This document shows, piece by piece, positions 19,805 through 29,711 of a stretch of DNA of 55,482 bases. Origin of the DNA: Alcanivoracaceae bacterium (GTDB taxonomy: Bacteria > Pseudomonadota > Gammaproteobacteria > Pseudomonadales > Alcanivoracaceae); assembly GCA_041592575.1 (NCBI GenBank), contig JBFHPX010000001.1:1-55482 (forward strand). The letters are read 5' to 3'. A program made the position numbers and the translations under genes. How positions within the stretch are numbered: position 1 is the stretch's first letter; each line of letters opens with the position of its first letter. The notes below the pieces were generated by a model. It was not told the origin of the DNA. It did no database searches and saw only the letters and a program-made list of their open reading frames with translations.

Positions 19805-22800
19805 CCTGAGGCAGCTCCCGTTCCAGTCGCCGGGCAATGGCATTGGCAGATGATGCATAACCGGCCAGCCAGTTGTACAGCAGTGGAATAATAAACAGGG
19901 TCAGCACAGTAGCGAACAGCAGTCCGCCAATAATCACCATGCCGATGGAAATACGACTTTCGGCACCGGCACCACTGGCAAATACCAGCGGCAAGGCGCC
20001 GAAGATGGTGGAGATGCCGGTCATCAGTACCGGACGGAACCGCACCGTCGCGCCTTCAATAATCGCGTCACGGACATTACGGCCCTGGTCACGCAGCTGA
20101 TTGGCAAACTCGACGATCAGAATGCCGTTCTTGGCCATCAATCCGACCAGCATGATCATGCCGATCTGGCTGTAGACATTGATGGAGGTGCCGCTCAGGC
20201 GGATGGCTATCACCGCACCGGCAATCGCCAATGGCACCGTCAGCATAATGATCAGCGGATGAATCCAGCTTTCAAACTGGGCAGCCAACACCAGAAACAC
20301 AATGACGATTGCCAGTGCAAAAGTAATGAAGATCGCGGAGGAAGCAGACTGAAACTCCTCGGCCAGGCCCTTGTAGCCAATACGCGCTTCCGCCGGCAAG
20401 GTATCGCGGGCCGCATTCTCGACAAAGCGAATCGCCGAGCCAAGGTCATAACCTTCCGCCAGTGATGCCGACAGCGTCACCGACGGCAAGCGGCCAACCC
20501 GACGCAACTCCGGTGACGCACCCTGCTGCTGCAGATTCACCACACTGGACAACGCGACCAGATCGCCGCTGCCGGCACGCAGGTAAATATTGTTAAGGTC
20601 CTGTGGGGTTGCCCGATCTGCCGGCAGGGCTTCGAGCATCACGTCGTATTCGCGGCCGCGATCGACATAGGTGGTCACCACCAGTGACGCCAGCATCGCC
20701 TGCAGGGTCTGGCCTACGGTCTCCGCGTCGATACCGAGGTCCGCAGCACGATCTCGCAGCAGTTCAACATTCAGTTGTGGCTGGGTTTCGTCATAGTCGG
20801 TGGTGGCGCCGAACATCCCCGGGTTCTTTTCCAGCTCCACCAGCAGCGCCTCGCTCCATTGCACGGCTGACGCATAATCAGGACCGGACACCACCACTTC
20901 CAGCGCCTGGGTAAACGCGCTCTGCCCCAGCCCGGGCGGATTCACCGCGACTGAGCGCAGGCCGGGAATCTGCGGCAATTGTCGCTGTACTTCACTGACA
21001 ATGTCCTGCTGCCGGCGCTCGCGCTCGCCCCAGTCCTTGAGGCGAACAATGGTGAAAGCACTGGTGACCTGGCCGCGAAAACCAACGATCGACAGGATCC
21101 GTTCCGTCTCGCCATTTTCCATCAGTGGCAGCAGGGTTTGCTCAATTTTGGCAGCATGATGCTGGGTGTAGTTGGCCGTGGCTCCCTGCGGCGCGGTAGC
21201 GGGCACGATAAACACGCCACGGTCCTCGGTCGGCGCCAGCTCTCTGGGAATCTGCGCCCAGGCAAACAGCGCCAGCAAGCACCCGGCGATGGCGATGGAT
21301 AACACCGGCGCCGGATGTTGCAAGGTGTACTGCAAGGCGCTGTGATAATGCTTCGCCATCGTCAGCAACTGCCGGTCTATCCAGTTGCCATCGCCGTTTT
21401 TCTGGTGCGGCTTCAGCCAGCGTGAACAGAGCATTGGCGCCAGCGACAGCGCGACCACACTGGACACCACCACTGCCGCTGCCAAGGTAAAACCAAACTC
21501 ACTGAACAGTCGGCCAACATCACCACCCATAAACGAGATCGGCACAAATACTGCCACCAGCGTCAGGGTTGTCGCGACAATGGCGAACGCCACCTGGCGA
21601 GCACCAAGAAATGCCGCCACCAGCGGCTTCTCGCCTTCATCCATGCGCCGCTGGACGTTCTCCAGCATGACAATGGCATCATCCACCACCAGACCGATGG
21701 CAAGAATCAGCGCCAGCAACGTCAACACGTTGAGCGAAAAGCCAAGCATGGCGAGGCCGGCAAAGGCACCGATCACCGACACCGGAATGGTGACCGCCGG
21801 AATCAGGGTGGCACGCAGGCTGCCGAGGAACACCCAGATCACCAGAATCACCAGCGCCACGGCAATCGCCAGCGTGATTAACACTTCCTTTATTGATGCC
21901 CGGATAAAAATCGATTCGTCATAGTTCACACCAAGCGCAATGTCGCTGGGCAAGGTTTTCCGTACCTCTTCAATCTCGGCCTGAACCAGATTGGAAACGC
22001 TGACGGTGTTGGCCTTGGACTGACGAATAATGCCAAGACCAATCGCGACCTCGCCGTTGGCGCGCAACACTGTATCGCGGTTTTCGACGCCCAGCTCGAC
22101 ATCCGCGAGATCAGCCAACCGGATAAGATGTGCGCCATCGCGGCGAATCACCAGCTGCCGGAACTGCTCGACATCAGACAACCGGTTATCCGCACGCACG
22201 GTGAAGTCGCGGCTGGCAGATTCCACCTTGCCGGCCGGTAGCTCGACGTTGTTTGCCCGCAGGGTCTGCTCAATATCGGTGACGGTGACCTGGTGCGCCG
22301 CCATGCGCCGGCGATCCAGCCAGATACGCATGGCATAACGACGCTCGCCGCCGATAAAGACATCGGCAACACCGTCCAGTACCGAAAAGCGATCAACCAG
22401 ATTGCGCTCGGCAAAATCACTGAGCTCTTCCGGCGCCAGCGCCGAGCTGGTCAGGGTCACCCAGATAATCGGCCGGGCATCGGCGTCAGTTTTGGCAATC
22501 ACCGGCGGCTCGGCATCTTCCGGCAGACTGCCAAGCACACGCGAAACGGCATCACGAACGTCGTTGGCGGCGGCATCGACATCGCGGTCGAGACTGAACT
22601 CAATTGAGGTGCGGGCAGAACCTATGCGACTGCGCGACTCAATCCGCTCGACCCCTTCAATACCACTGATGGCGCCCTCGACCACCTGAATAATCTGGGT
22701 ATCAATGACTTCCGGCGCCGCGCCACGGTACTCCACCGAAACAGACACTTCTGGCGGATCAATGTCAGGATATTCACGCACTGGCAACTTCAGCAAACCA

Positions 22801-22880
22801 CTCAGGCCGAACACCACAATCAGTAGCGAGATAACCGTGGCAAAGACCGGACGTTTAATTGAGACATCGGAGAGCACCAT
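19791..22880 (-). CDS. RND efflux transporter permease (HAE1 family)
   Basis: 1029 aa; IKRPVFA, VVDDAIVMLEN, AKNGILIVEF, RFRPVLMT. Confidence 0.95.
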   Translation of the reverse strand: MVLSDVSIKRPVFATVISLLIVVFGLSGLLKLPVREYPDIDPPEVSVSVEYRGAAPEVIDTQIIQVVEGAISGIEGVERIESRSRIGSARTSIEFSLDRDVDAAANDVRDAVSRVLGSLPEDAEPPVIAKTDADARPIIWVTLTSSALAPEELSDFAERNLVDRFSVLDGVADVFIGGERRYAMRIWLDRRRMAAHQVTVTDIEQTLRANNVELPAGKVESASRDFTVRADNRLSDVEQFRQLVIRRDGAHLIRLADLADVELGVENRDTVLRANGEVAIGLGIIRQSKANTVSVSNLVQAEIEEVRKTLPSDIALGVNYDESIFIRASIKEVLITLAIAVALVILVIWVFLGSLRATLIPAVTIPVSVIGAFAGLAMLGFSLNVLTLLALILAIGLVVDDAIVMLENVQRRMDEGEKPLVAAFLGARQVAFAIVATTLTLVAVFVPISFMGGDVGRLFSEFGFTLAAAVVVSSVVALSLAPMLCSRWLKPHQKNGDGNWIDRQLLTMAKHYHSALQYTLQHPAPVLSIAIAGCLLALFAWAQIPRELAPTEDRGVFIVPATAPQGATANYTQHHAAKIEQTLLPLMENGETERILSIVGFRGQVTSAFTIVRLKDWGERERRQQDIVSEVQRQLPQIPGLRSVAVNPPGLGQSAFTQALEVVVSGPDYASAVQWSEALLVELEKNPGMFGATTDYDETQPQLNVELLRDRAADLGIDAETVGQTLQAMLASLVVTTYVDRGREYDVMLEALPADRATPQDLNNIYLRAGSGDLVALSSVVNLQQQGASPELRRVGRLPSVTLSASLAEGYDLGSAIRFVENAARDTLPAEARIGYKGLAEEFQSASSAIFITFALAIVIVFLVLAAQFESWIHPLIIMLTVPLAIAGAVIAIRLSGTSINVYSQIGMIMLVGLMAKNGILIVEFANQLRDQGRNVRDAIIEGATVRFRPVLMTGISTIFGALPLVFASGAGAESRISIGMVIIGGLLFATVLTLFIIPLLYNWLAGYASSANAIARRLERELPQGEAH

Positions 22881-22883
22881 GGC

Positions 22884-23972
22884 TCAGCCCTCCTGATCTT
22901 TGAAGGCTCCGGCAGTTTCCGGCACCAGCGCTCCGGCATCTTCCACTACCTGCACCGACGCACCACCACCAAGCCGGGTGTGGCCGGTGATCACCACCGG
23001 CTCACCGGCCACAATGCCACTGCGGACTTCCACCCAGCCCTGCTGGCGCATGCCAAGCACCAGCTCACGACGCTCGGCCTTGTCGTCACTGACGACAAAG
23101 GCAAAGCTGGTGGCTCCCTGAGTCAGAATGGCCTGCTCGGGAATCATCAGCGCCTGCTGCTCACCCACCGACAGCACCACATGCAGAAACTGGCCGGGGC
23201 GCAACAGCTGCTCCCGGTTATCAAGTAGCGCCTTGATGGTAATGGCGCGATTAACCGGATCGACCCGACTGTCAAGCTGGGCCACCCGACCGGGGAATTC
23301 GCGCTCCGGCCAGCTGTCGCTGCGGGCAATAACCGGCTGCCCGACCGCCAGCGACGCCAGAAGTCGTTCCGGCACCGTGAACTGCACTTCCAGTCGATCG
23401 GTATCGTCCAGCGTGGTAAGCAGATCGCCGGCCCGGACATAGCTGCCAACGTCAATCTGACGCAAGCCAACGATGCCAGAGAACGGCGCTCGAACAAGAT
23501 GATAGGAAAGTCGCGCCACTGCAGATTTCTGCTCTGCTTCGGCAGCCTGCAGCGCAGCATTGAGGCGATCAACTTCGGCTTCTGAAACAGCACGGGTGTC
23601 CTGCAGGCGCGTGGCCCGCTGCCAGGCCGCACGGGCATCCGCCAGCGCCGCCTCGGCGCTGGCCAGGTCGGCCTGGGCAGTACGGTCATCCAGTGCCACC
23701 AGCAGGTCGCCTGCCTTGACCCGGGCACCTTCCTTCATGCCGATGCGCACCACCCGGCCATCCACCTGACTGGTCACCGTGACTGACTGCTGGGCCCGGG
23801 CAGACCCGACTGCCTCCACCTGACGCTGCAGGGTTGCGCTGCGCGGCAACTCGACATTGACGATCTGCGGCGGGCGCTGTCGCTCACCAGCGCCTGTGCC
23901 ACCGAACTGCCAGAAGGCAATGACCACCAATGTGAGGATGACCACTGCCGCCAGAAAGGCGCCCTGCTTCAT
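22884..23972 (-). CDS. RND periplasmic adaptor (membrane fusion protein)
   Basis: ATG 23972 with AGGAG RBS; N-terminal TM; lipoyl halves (VDGRVV..., VRAPFSGIVG); helical hairpin; LRPGQF. Confidence 0.92.
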   Translation of the reverse strand: MKQGAFLAAVVILTLVVIAFWQFGGTGAGERQRPPQIVNVELPRSATLQRQVEAVGSARAQQSVTVTSQVDGRVVRIGMKEGARVKAGDLLVALDDRTAQADLASAEAALADARAAWQRATRLQDTRAVSEAEVDRLNAALQAAEAEQKSAVARLSYHLVRAPFSGIVGLRQIDVGSYVRAGDLLTTLDDTDRLEVQFTVPERLLASLAVGQPVIARSDSWPEREFPGRVAQLDSRVDPVNRAITIKALLDNREQLLRPGQFLHVVLSVGEQQALMIPEQAILTQGATSFAFVVSDDKAERRELVLGMRQQGWVEVRSGIVAGEPVVITGHTRLGGGASVQVVEDAGALVPETAGAFKDQEG

Positions 23973-24100
23973 TGTCTGACTCCTGTGTGGCAACACCCAT
24001 CGGGCACGGGCAATGATTTGCCGACCCCTTTCATGACCGGCAGGAATAACAATGGTTCGAGATTATGCTCCTGCGTTTGTGCAAGAAATGTGAGGCTTTA

Positions 24101-24165
24101 TGTAGGAGCGATCGACCGATCGCGATTGTCTTCGCAACAATCGCGGCCGGTCGGCCGCTCCTGCA
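24101..24165. repeat. REPIN: inverted doublet of GTAG-type REP sequences
   Basis: TGTAGGAGCGATCGACCGATCGCGATTGT-cttcgca-ACAATCGCGGCCGGTCGGCCGCTCCTGCA; 29-bp arms, each with an internal palindrome. Confidence 0.75.
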
Positions 24166-24179
24166 GGTGTCAGGCAGAA

Positions 24180-25817
24180 TCAGCCGGCCATGTCAGCGCG
24201 CATCAGTTTCTTGTCGAGCTTGCCGACGCTGGTGCGCGGCAGTGCATCAACAAACTTGACCCGGTCCGGTACGCCGTACTTCGAGATCACGCCCTTGTTG
24301 GCATAGTCCATGACCAGATCCTTGATGCCTTTCTCGTCCGCTTCCGCGCCCGGCTTTTTCACTACCAGCGCCAGCGGTCGCTCGCCCCATTTTTCGTCCG
24401 GCACGCCAATCACTGCGCACTCAGCCACGCCCGGATGCTGCAGCACCAGACCTTCAAGATCGATGGACGACACCCACTCGCCGCCGGTCTTGATCACGTC
24501 CTTGATGCGGTCGGCGATTTTCAGCCAGCCGTCCGCGCTCATGGTGGCGATATCGCCGGTGTGCAACCAGCCGCCGTGCCAGAGATTTTCCGAGTTGTCC
24601 TTGTCATGCAAGTAACCCTGGGTCAGCCATGGCGCTCGCGCCACCACTTCACCCTGAGCTTTGCCATCATGCGGCACGTCATTCATGTTTTCATCGACAA
24701 TGCGGATCTGCACCATCGGCACCGGTCGGCCGGTCATGGTGCGGTATTGCACCTGGGTTTCCAGATCGGCTTTCTCCAGCTCCGGCGGCAACAGTGCCAA
24801 GGTCATCAGCGGGCAGGTTTCGCTCATGCCATAGCCGGTGTAGATATCGATGCCGCGCTCCAGCGCGCCGCGGGCCAGTGCTGCCGGCAACGCCGAACCA
24901 CCGATAATCACTTTCCAGCCTTTCAGGTCGACACTCTTCGCCGCTTCGGCACCGAGCAGCATCTGGATGATGGTTGGCACGCAATGGGAGAAGGTGACTT
25001 TCTCGGTGACCAGCAGTTTCAGTAGCGTGGCCGGCTCGTAACGGCCCGGATAGACCTGCTTCACGCCCATCATGGTCGCCATGTAGGGAATTCCCCAGGC
25101 ATGCACATGGAACATCGGCGTGATCGGCATATAAACGTCATTGGCATTGAACCTGCCGTGACCACTGCCACCCAGTGCAGCGCGACCGGCATAGGTGTGC
25201 AACACCAGTTGACGATGGCTGAAATACACACCCTTGGGCAGGCCGGTGGTGCCGGTGGTGTAGAAGGTGGTGGCGCGGGTGTTCTCGTCGAGGTCCGGAA
25301 AAGTGAAGTCGCTGCTGGCAGCTTTCAGCAGCGCCTCATATTCACCCGCGGTTTCGACCTTGCTGTCCTTCGGGCCATCGCCGTCGTCCAGCAAGACAAA
25401 CTTTTTCACCGGCTCGATGCGATCCTTGATGGCATCAAGAATCGGCAGGAATTCGCGATTAACCAGAATCACGTCGTCTTTTGCGTGATTGATAGTGTAA
25501 AGAATCTGCTCCGGCGAAAGCCGCACATTCACGGTGTGCAGCACCGCGCCCATCATCGGAATGGCAAAAAAACATTCCAGATAGCGATGGCTGTCCCAGT
25601 CCATCACCGCCACGGTGTCGCCCGGCTTGACGCCAAGATTGTTCAGGGCGGAGGCCAGCCGCCGTACCCGTTCACCCAGATCACGGTAGGTCATGCGCAG
25701 TTTGCCGGCGTAGACAATTTCCTGATCCGGTGCGCTGCGCACGCCGGCTTCAAGAATGCTGCTGATCAGCAGCGGCGAAGAATAGGCCGACGGGGTACGG
25801 GTGATGCTCAGATCCAT
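24180..25817 (-). CDS. Medium/long-chain fatty acid-CoA ligase (AlkK-like)
   Basis: YTTGTTGLPKGV AMP-binding motif, PMFHVHAWG, GYGMSET, WLHTGD, DRIKDVIKTGGEWVSS. Confidence 0.92.
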   Translation of the reverse strand: MDLSITRTPSAYSSPLLISSILEAGVRSAPDQEIVYAGKLRMTYRDLGERVRRLASALNNLGVKPGDTVAVMDWDSHRYLECFFAIPMMGAVLHTVNVRLSPEQILYTINHAKDDVILVNREFLPILDAIKDRIEPVKKFVLLDDGDGPKDSKVETAGEYEALLKAASSDFTFPDLDENTRATTFYTTGTTGLPKGVYFSHRQLVLHTYAGRAALGGSGHGRFNANDVYMPITPMFHVHAWGIPYMATMMGVKQVYPGRYEPATLLKLLVTEKVTFSHCVPTIIQMLLGAEAAKSVDLKGWKVIIGGSALPAALARGALERGIDIYTGYGMSETCPLMTLALLPPELEKADLETQVQYRTMTGRPVPMVQIRIVDENMNDVPHDGKAQGEVVARAPWLTQGYLHDKDNSENLWHGGWLHTGDIATMSADGWLKIADRIKDVIKTGGEWVSSIDLEGLVLQHPGVAECAVIGVPDEKWGERPLALVVKKPGAEADEKGIKDLVMDYANKGVISKYGVPDRVKFVDALPRTSVGKLDKKLMRADMAG

Positions 25818-25877
25818 GATCGAGTCCTCTGTTGGTATTGTTGGTTCCGTAAAGGGCCGGCGGCCGGTCAGCCGCCG

Positions 25878-27257
25878 TCAGAATTCAGTGCCACCGCGGG
25901 TGAGTTTGACCGGATCAAGCAGCTTTTCAAGTTGCTGACGGGACAGATCGGTCTTCTCACAGGCCACATCGATCACCGGCCGGCCGCTGCGAAATGCTTC
26001 TTTGGCAATTTCCGCTGCGGCGTTGTAGCCGATCAACGGGTTCAGCGCTGTCACCAGTATCGGGTTTTTGTTGATGGTTTCGGCCAGATGCTCACTATTT
26101 GCCCGGAATCCCCGCATCGCCCGCTGATCCAGCATGGTCATACCGTTGCCGAGCATGGCAATCATCCCGAGCAGGTTATCCGCCACCAGTGGCAACATCA
26201 CGTTAAGTTCGAAATTGCCGCTTTGCGCGGCGATGGCGTTGGCCTGATCCAGCCCCATTACCTGCGCCGCGACCATGCACAGCGACTCACAGATCACCGG
26301 GTTGACCTTGCCAGGCATGATCGACGAGCCCGGCTGCACTGCCGGCAACATGATCTCGGCCAGGCCATGCTGCGGCCCGGAATTCATCCAGCGCAGGTCG
26401 TTGCAGATTTTCATCAGCACCACGGCAAGGCCGCGCAGCGCCGAAGACAGGGCCAGCGGTCGGTCGATGGCGCCCTGCCCGGCAAAAAAGGAATCCATCG
26501 GCTGGAAATGCTGGCCGGTCTTTTCACTCAAATGAAGACAGAAACGCTCGGCAAACTGCGGGTGGCAATTGATCCCGGTGCCGACCGCGGTGCCGCCCTG
26601 CGGCAGCCGCAGCAGACCATGCAGGGCGCCGGTCAACTTGCCCTCGGCATGCTCCAGCTGTACCGACCAGCCTGTCAGCTGCTGGCCAAAAGTAATGGGC
26701 ATGGCATCCATCAGGTGGGTGCGGCCGGGCTTGACCTGCTCTGCCAGCTCAACGGCGCGGCTTCGAATGGTGTCGTTGAGTTGCCGCAGCGCCGGTAGCA
26801 ATTGCTGCACCAGCGCCAGCGCGGCGCTGACGTGAATGGCGCTGGGGATGGTGTCGTTGCTGCTCTGGCCGAGATTGACGTCGTCGTTGGCGCTGACCGT
26901 TGTCCCGGCCTGCCGGCACAAGTGGGCGATCACTTCATTGACGTTCATGTTGGTCGAGGTGCCGGAACCGGTCTGAAATACGTCCACCGGAAACTGTTCG
27001 GCGAGCTCGCCTTCGGCAATACGATTGCCCGCCTTCACAATGGCGTCGGTCTTGTCCTCGGCTAACAGGCCAAGGGCCTGGTTAACCTCGGCGGCCGTTA
27101 CCTTGATCAGGGCAACGGCGCGGATAAACCGGTTGGGTAGCGGGCGGGCGATGCTGAAATTGTCGATCGCGCGCTGGGTCTGGGCACCCCACAGGGCGTC
27201 GGCAGGGACCTGCACTTCACCAAGCGAATCCTTCTCGGTGCGATAGCTGCTCATCAC
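25878..27257 (-). CDS. fumC: Class II fumarate hydratase
   Basis: RTEKDSLG, WGAQTQRA, QTGSGTSTNMN, GRTHLMDA, GSSIMPGKVNP. Confidence 0.93.
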   Translation of the reverse strand: MMSSYRTEKDSLGEVQVPADALWGAQTQRAIDNFSIARPLPNRFIRAVALIKVTAAEVNQALGLLAEDKTDAIVKAGNRIAEGELAEQFPVDVFQTGSGTSTNMNVNEVIAHLCRQAGTTVSANDDVNLGQSSNDTIPSAIHVSAALALVQQLLPALRQLNDTIRSRAVELAEQVKPGRTHLMDAMPITFGQQLTGWSVQLEHAEGKLTGALHGLLRLPQGGTAVGTGINCHPQFAERFCLHLSEKTGQHFQPMDSFFAGQGAIDRPLALSSALRGLAVVLMKICNDLRWMNSGPQHGLAEIMLPAVQPGSSIMPGKVNPVICESLCMVAAQVMGLDQANAIAAQSGNFELNVMLPLVADNLLGMIAMLGNGMTMLDQRAMRGFRANSEHLAETINKNPILVTALNPLIGYNAAAEIAKEAFRSGRPVIDVACEKTDLSRQQLEKLLDPVKLTRGGTEF

Positions 27258-27316
27258 GGTTGTCCGGTGGCTCGCGATCTTCCTTTGTACCGCCAGTATC
27301 GCTGCGCAACAACCTT

Positions 27317-27574
27317 TCAGGGACTGGTCAGTCGTTCAAGCTCGGCGAGGCCAGTCATCGCTGTCCGCAGGTCGTCGCCGCACATGGACCGGCGCGGCTG
27401 CAGCGAGTCACACACCGCCGGTCTGGCCGGATCAGCAAAGATCCGGCAGCGCATCTGTTGATCAAGGTGGATACAGGCCATGCCGGCAGGCTTGCCGTCC
27501 GGCATGCCCGGCAGCGGCGAGCTGATCGAGGGGGCAACACAGCAGGCACCGCACTGGGGGCGGCAGGACACCAC
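27317..27574 (-). CDS. YkgJ-family Cys-rich (Zn or Fe-S chelating) protein
   Basis: GTG start inferred after GGAACAGGA; [22 protein letters not shown]-x2-C-x-HL, RPAVC. Confidence 0.85.
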   Translation of the reverse strand: MVSCRPQCGACCVAPSISSPLPGMPDGKPAGMACIHLDQQMRCRIFADPARPAVCDSLQPRRSMCGDDLRTAMTGLAELERLTSP

Positions 27575-27606
27575 AGGATCCTGTTCCGGGGCCGCCGCGA
27601 AGAAGG

Positions 27607-27780
27607 TCAACGGGCCTCCATTTTTTCCAGACCGCAGCGGTTGCAGCGCAGCACCGTCAGCAGCCGGCCCTGCTTGACGTCGAAACGCTGCTCCTTGCAG
27701 ACCCGCCATTGATGGAAGCCGTGCTGGCACAACCCCTTCTTTTTCGCCGCCGGTTTGCGAAACGGCAGGATATCAGCCAT
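27607..27780 (-). CDS. Small (57 aa) putative zinc-ribbon protein
   Basis: [25 protein letters not shown]...[18 protein letters not shown]; C-x4-H plus CxxC; start overlaps the DUF2750 stop. Confidence 0.7.
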   Translation of the reverse strand: MADILPFRKPAAKKKGLCQHGFHQWRVCKEQRFDVKQGRLLTVLRCNRCGLEKMEAR

Positions 27781-28108
27781 CACCGGCCTGCAGCGCATCG
27801 GCCAGTTCTTCGGCACTGAGCACCACGGCGTCGCCGGACTCACCCGGGTTCACCGCCACCAGAATGTTGTCGCTGGTCAGTCCCGGCACCCAGCGCTCAA
27901 ACCACACCTGCATGGTCACCGCCCGCGGCACCAGTGCCGGATCATTGCTCCACTGCCGGGCAGAATCGGCATCGGCCCACAGTGGCAGGCATTCTTCACC
28001 ATCACTGTTCAGCAGGGCAAAGGACTCGCCGTCACTGAGTACGAACAGCTCGTCCTTGCCGGCGATCTGTTCAACAAACTGCTGGTAGCGTTGCTCTGCA
28101 TCACTCAT
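27773..28108 (-). CDS. DUF2750-like protein
   Basis: QRYQQFVEQI, CLPLWAD, WFERWVPGL, VAVNP; ATGA overlap with the pyk stop. Confidence 0.75.
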   Translation of the reverse strand: MSDAEQRYQQFVEQIAGKDELFVLSDGESFALLNSDGEECLPLWADADSARQWSNDPALVPRAVTMQVWFERWVPGLTSDNILVAVNPGESGDAVVLSAEELADALQAGDG

Positions 28109-29553
28109 TTCGGTTCCTGGTTGATTTCAACAATTTTCAGGGTATTGGTGCCGCCATGGACGGCAAGGTAATCACCCTTGGTGAGAATAACGCGGTCGCC
28201 GGGACCGGCCACCTGCATCTGCACCAGCTGCTCGACAGCGCGGGCATTAATCTCATCCGGGTGAATCGCGGCGCTGTCAAAGTGCACCGTTTCGACACCG
28301 CGATAGATCGCCAGCTTGCGCCGCGTATGCGCGTGCGGGGTAAAGGCAAAGATCGGCAGGCCGGAACGAATCCGCGACATCATCCTTGGGGTGTTGCCGG
28401 TTTCGGTCATGCTGATGATGGCCTTGACCCGATCAAGATGATTGGCCACCGCCATGGCCGCGCCGGCGATGGCTTCGTCGATTTTTTCCTGATCCGCCAT
28501 CGGTCGGGCTTTCAGCATGTGGGTCTGATAGGTGCGCTCTGCGCCCATGATGATGCGGTGCATCGCGCGCACGGTGGCTTCCGGGTGGTCGCCCACGGCG
28601 GTCTCTGCCGACAGCATCACCGCGTCGGTGCCATCAAGCACGGCGTTGGCCACATCCGACACTTCCGCCCGGGTCGGCTGCGGACTGTGAATCATCGACT
28701 CCATCATCTGTGTTGCGGTAATGACAAAACGATCGAGGTCACGGGCGCGCTGGATAATATGCTTCTGCACACCGACCAGCTCGGCATCGCCGATTTCCAC
28801 GGCGAGATCGCCACGCGCCACCATGACGCCGTCGGAGGCACAGATAATGTCATCAAGCACCGCGGTATTGCTGACCGCCTCTGCCCGTTCGATCTTGGCA
28901 ATAATGCCGCCTTCGCCGCCGGCGGCACGATAACGCTCACGAGCCAGATCAACATCCGCAGCATCCCGCGGAAATGACAGCGCCAGATAATCAACGCCCA
29001 TATCGGCAGCGATGATGATGTCGGCCAGATCCTTTTCCGTCAGCGCCGGGGCGGTCAGACCGCCACCCTTGCGATTGACACCCTTGTTGTTCGAGAGCTT
29101 GCCAGCCACCGTTACGGTGCAATGCAGGGCATTGTCATGGATCTCATCGACCAGCATTTCAATCAGGCCGTCATCCAGCAGCAGGGTGTCGCCCACGTTG
29201 CAATCAGATACCAGCTCCTTGTAGGTAATACCGACTCGATCCGGCTCGCCGGCGAGCTCATCCATGCCGGCATCGAGCACAAACCGCTGGCCATGCCTGA
29301 GCACCACAGGGCCATCGCGAAACCGGCCAACCCGGATCTTCGGCCCCTGCAGGTCGGCCAGAATCGCCACCGTGCGCTGCTGCCGGTCCGCTGCCGCACG
29401 GATACGGGCAGCGACCTGGCGATGGTCGTCGGCACTGCCGTGGGAGAAGTTAAGCCGGAACACGTTCACGCCGGCGGTAATGAGCCGGTCGAGCATGGCC
29501 TCGGGGGCGCTGGCCGGGCCGATGGTGGCAACAATCTTGGTACGTCTGAACAT
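28105..29553 (-). CDS. pykA: Pyruvate kinase II
   Basis: RRTKIVATIGPAS, RLNFSHG, DLQGPKIR, IIAKIE, MVARGDL, ATQMMESM, MLSAETA; start reassigned to ATG 29553. Confidence 0.95.
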   Translation of the reverse strand: MFRRTKIVATIGPASAPEAMLDRLITAGVNVFRLNFSHGSADDHRQVAARIRAAADRQQRTVAILADLQGPKIRVGRFRDGPVVLRHGQRFVLDAGMDELAGEPDRVGITYKELVSDCNVGDTLLLDDGLIEMLVDEIHDNALHCTVTVAGKLSNNKGVNRKGGGLTAPALTEKDLADIIIAADMGVDYLALSFPRDAADVDLARERYRAAGGEGGIIAKIERAEAVSNTAVLDDIICASDGVMVARGDLAVEIGDAELVGVQKHIIQRARDLDRFVITATQMMESMIHSPQPTRAEVSDVANAVLDGTDAVMLSAETAVGDHPEATVRAMHRIIMGAERTYQTHMLKARPMADQEKIDEAIAGAAMAVANHLDRVKAIISMTETGNTPRMMSRIRSGLPIFAFTPHAHTRRKLAIYRGVETVHFDSAAIHPDEINARAVEQLVQMQVAGPGDRVILTKGDYLAVHGGTNTLKIVEINQEPK

Positions 29554-29711
29554 GGTCATATCCGTGATCAATGTGGCGACAAGGATACCAGCGGAATCTG
29601 TTACCGTTTGCCTGTGCGGAAAAATTTTCATTTCGGCGATCAAACGCTAAGCTGCATCCATCGTGCCGGCATTGAGCTGTCCGGCAGACGACCACTGACT
29701 CGGGACTGTAC

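Noticed and set aside
29615-29635. GCGGAAAAATTTTCAT as a second DUF6502 operator
   Set aside because: It matches TGGGA-N6-TCCCA only partly and cannot be told from chance without a PWM.
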